This document shows positions 61,747 through 64,000 of a stretch of 64,000 bases of DNA, piece by piece (the first letter of the stretch is position 1; every line of letters begins with the position of its first letter). The notes beneath the pieces are model-generated. The model worked only from the letters and a program-made list of their open reading frames with translations, did no database searches and was not told the DNA's origin. The position numbers and the translations under genes are program-made. Location: NCBI GenBank assembly GCA_963792965.1, contig CAWBYW010000009.1:224001-288000 (forward strand), in the 5' to 3' direction. Origin of the DNA: an uncultured delta proteobacterium. GTDB lineage: Bacteria; Desulfobacterota; Zymogenia; Zymogenales; Zymogenaceae.

Positions 61747-62400
61747 TCAGATAATATCCCCAAGCTGCTCCTTTAGCTCGAGGTAGTCGAGGATCTTCCT
61801 GAGGCTCTCGGGGTTCTTGATCGTCATCTCGTCTCCCGCCACCGAGAGGAAGTTCTTCTCGGTCAGGTTATCGACGACCCTCCTGGTCTTATCCACCTCA
61901 AGGCCCACGAGGCCGGCCAGATCGACGATAGAAAGCCGCACCACCATCCCGTCCGGGGTCTTGGTCCCTTCTTTCACGGCGATCTTGCTCACCATATCCA
62001 CGACCTTGCTCATCGAATCCTTGATGAGTAGATTCTCGATACGGTGGTCCGCGCCCCTGATCCTCTCGGCCATCTTCCTCAGGATGAGGATGGCCACGTC
62101 GGGACTGTTTTTTATGGTGGATTCGAAGGTCTTCTCGTCGATAACCAGGAGCTTTACGTTGGTTGCCGCGGTCGCCGTGGCCGAGCGGGGCTCCTTTTCG
62201 AGGATCGCCATCTCGCCGAAGAAATCTCCCTTCTCGAGCTCGGCAAGTAGCGTTTCGGTGGCGCGCACCTTCTTTGTGATCCTGACCGTGCCGTCGTGGA
62301 TGATGTACATCTCGTGACCGTCTTCGCCCTCGGTGAAGATCACCGTCCCCCTGAGCAGGGATTTTCCGAACTTTTCGTAGAGCTTGTCCTTTTCAGGCAC
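61747..62400 (-). CDS. Crp/Fnr family regulator / cNMP-binding protein
   Basis: FFGEMAILEKEPRSA; C-terminal wHTH with divergent recognition helix; GTG start with GGAGG SD. Confidence 0.88.
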   Translation of the reverse strand: MPEKDKLYEKFGKSLLRGTVIFTEGEDGHEMYIIHDGTVRITKKVRATETLLAELEKGDFFGEMAILEKEPRSATATAATNVKLLVIDEKTFESTIKNSPDVAILILRKMAERIRGADHRIENLLIKDSMSKVVDMVSKIAVKEGTKTPDGMVVRLSIVDLAGLVGLEVDKTRRVVDNLTEKNFLSVAGDEMTIKNPESLRKILDYLELKEQLGDII

Positions 62401-62425
62401 GCAAACCTCCATGAACTCCCAGAGA

Positions 62426-62489
62426 ACTGTACTGAAAATATCGCAATAAGTCAAGGCTTATTGACATTTGGGGGCAAGTGCGGTATACA
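62426..62489. promoter_or_regulatory. Back-to-back sigma70 promoters (crp2 / rpe)
   Basis: - strand TTGACT-N17-TACAGT; + strand TTGACA-N17-TATACA. Confidence 0.6.
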
Positions 62490-62514
62490 GGAGAAACTAC
62501 TCGGAGGACGACGG

Positions 62515-63181
62515 ATGGAAAAGAAGATCGCCCCCTCGATTCTCTCGGCGGACTTTGCCCGCATCGGCGAGGAGATCAACGCGGTTGGGGCCGGCGGCGC
62601 GGACTGGATCCACGTGGACGTGATGGACGGCGCGTTTGTCCCCAACATCACCATCGGTCCGGCCGTGGTGGCATCGATCAGGAAGGTGACGACGCTCCCC
62701 CTTGATGTCCACCTGATGATACGTCATCCCGACCGGTTCGTAAAAGCATTTTCAGAGGCGGGAGCCGACATTATCACCATACACGTCGAGGCAGATCCAC
62801 ACGTCGACCGAACCCTCAATCTGATCAAATCACTCGGTAAAAAGGCGGGGATATCACTCAACCCCTCTACGCCGCTCTCCGCGGTTGAGGAGGTATTGTC
62901 GATCGTCGATCTCGTGGTGATCATGAGCGTCAACCCCGGGTTTGGAGGCCAAAAGCTGATCCCCTATACGCTCGGCAAGGTCGAGCGACTCAAAGATACC
63001 CTGCTGAGCCGGGGGCTCACGCACGTCGTCATCGAGATCGACGGCGGCATCACCGAGGCCAACATCGCATGACGCCTCCCGCGCGGGCGTGGACGTTTTC
63101 GTGGCGGGCTCCGCAATATTCGGCGCCCGCGACTACGCCGAGGCCATAAAAAAATTGAAGAAGAGTGTTGAAAAGACGTGA
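62515..63181 (+). CDS. rpe: Ribulose-phosphate 3-epimerase (frameshift ~63070)
   Basis: IAPSILSADF, HVDVMDG, DVHLMI, MSVNPGFGGQ, IDGG, then AGVDVFVAGSAIF in the next frame. Confidence 0.95.
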
Positions 63182-63207
63182 GCGATCTGGTATAGTAGCC
63201 AATCTGT

Positions 63208-63286
63208 CGGGATGTAGCGCAGTCTGGTTTAGCGCGCCTGCTTCGGGAGCAGGAGGTCGGAGGTTCAAATCCTCTCATCCCGACCA
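63208..63286 (+). tRNA. tRNA-Pro (CGG)
   Basis: Cloverleaf CGGGATG...CATCCCG-ACCA, anticodon loop TTCGGGA; TTGAAA-N17-TATAGT upstream. Confidence 0.96.
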
Positions 63287-63297
63287 ATTTTCATCTC

Positions 63298-63321
63298 AAA
63301 AGGCCGCGCGCGGCCTTTTTT
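63298..63321 (+). terminator. Rho-independent terminator after tRNA-Pro
   Basis: AAAAGGCCGC-GC-GCGGCCTTTTTT. Confidence 0.75.
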
Positions 63322-63461
63322 GCTCCCCCGGGCGAAATGCGGGGACGGCCCGATCGAGGGAAAAGGGGCCAAAAGCCTTAGGTTCGTCCGTTGACCTTAT
63401 CCGGGTACGAGCGCGAAGATACCGATACGATTATTTTTGACCATATACGGGAGGTCCCATC

Positions 63462-63839
63462 ATGAAAAGAAAGACATATACCATCGACTCCTTCCCCAAG
63501 GCCGGTCCCTATTCACACGTGGTCGAGGCGGCCGATCTCCTCTTTGTCTCGGGCACGCTCCCCATCGATGTCGCCAGGGATCTCTTCATCAAGGACGACA
63601 TCACCGCCGCGACCGAGCTTGTCCTGACCAACATCAAGAAGGCCCTCGAGACGGCGGGAAGCTCGCTGGGAAAGGTAGTGAAGGCGACGGTCTTTCTGCG
63701 GGACATGGCTGATTTTGCCGACATGAACGAGGTTTACAGGACCTTCTTCCCTAAAGACCCGCCTGCCCGCTCCTGCATCGCCGTCAGGGAGGTCCCCGGC
63801 AATTACCCTATTGAGATCGAAGTAATCGCCCTGAAGTAG
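63462..63839 (+). CDS. RidA/YjgF family reactive intermediate deaminase
   Basis: AGPYS, LFVSG, FADMNEVY, PPARSC, IEIEVIA. Confidence 0.93.
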   Translation: MKRKTYTIDSFPKAGPYSHVVEAADLLFVSGTLPIDVARDLFIKDDITAATELVLTNIKKALETAGSSLGKVVKATVFLRDMADFADMNEVYRTFFPKDPPARSCIAVREVPGNYPIEIEVIALK

Positions 63840-63936
63840 GGAGAGCCAACAAGACTGCTTCTTATGCTATGAATCTGCCGACACTTCGGTGTCCCCTGCA
63901 TTAGGCAGGTAAGATCCACGTCGGCGCGCACATATA

Positions 63937-63974
63937 AAGACGGGTGATCATGACGATACATGATCACCCGTCTT
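63937..63974. repeat. Perfect 16 bp inverted repeat (probable terminator)
   Basis: AAGACGGGTGATCATG-ACGATA-CATGATCACCCGTCTT. Confidence 0.7.
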
Positions 63975-64000
63975 CGTTTATCGAGCGATTTCTATCGCGG

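Noticed and set aside
63060-63075. TGA in rpe as possible selenocysteine or readthrough
   Set aside because: The conserved C-terminus continues in a different frame, so this is an indel rather than recoding.

Overview
GC-rich, gene-dense core-genome window, mostly on the - strand. Gene order and gene families point to a deltaproteobacterial-type organism (Desulfobacterota/Myxococcota-like; inference). It contains gap-pgk-tpiA-secG-tRNA-Leu; the rimP-nusA-infB-rbfA-truB-rpsO-pnp operon; and a ~23 kb co-directional type IVa pilus/polarity supercluster (conserved hypothetical, Tgl-like pilotin, TM-GAF-GAF-GGDEF cyclase, XRE, pilMNOPQ, aroCKB, TPR, MglC-like roadblock, aroQ, pepP, efp, accBC, SgmX-like TPR, ExeA-like ATPase). 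It also has priA-def-fmt-rsmB-radC, two Crp/Fnr regulators, map, rpe, three tRNAs in total, and a small accessory block of a LarA-family gene plus two tandem paralogous secreted beta-barrel-like genes with an unusual Cys/Pro-rich/Lys-terminated tail. About ten genes, including essential ones, carry single-base frameshifts that are most likely sequencing/assembly errors. No CRISPR array, rRNA, transposase, integrase or phage gene was recognised. The best candidates for undescribed biology are the tandem beta-barrel pair (50001-52522) and the myxobacteria-like pilus polarity/c-di-GMP cluster.
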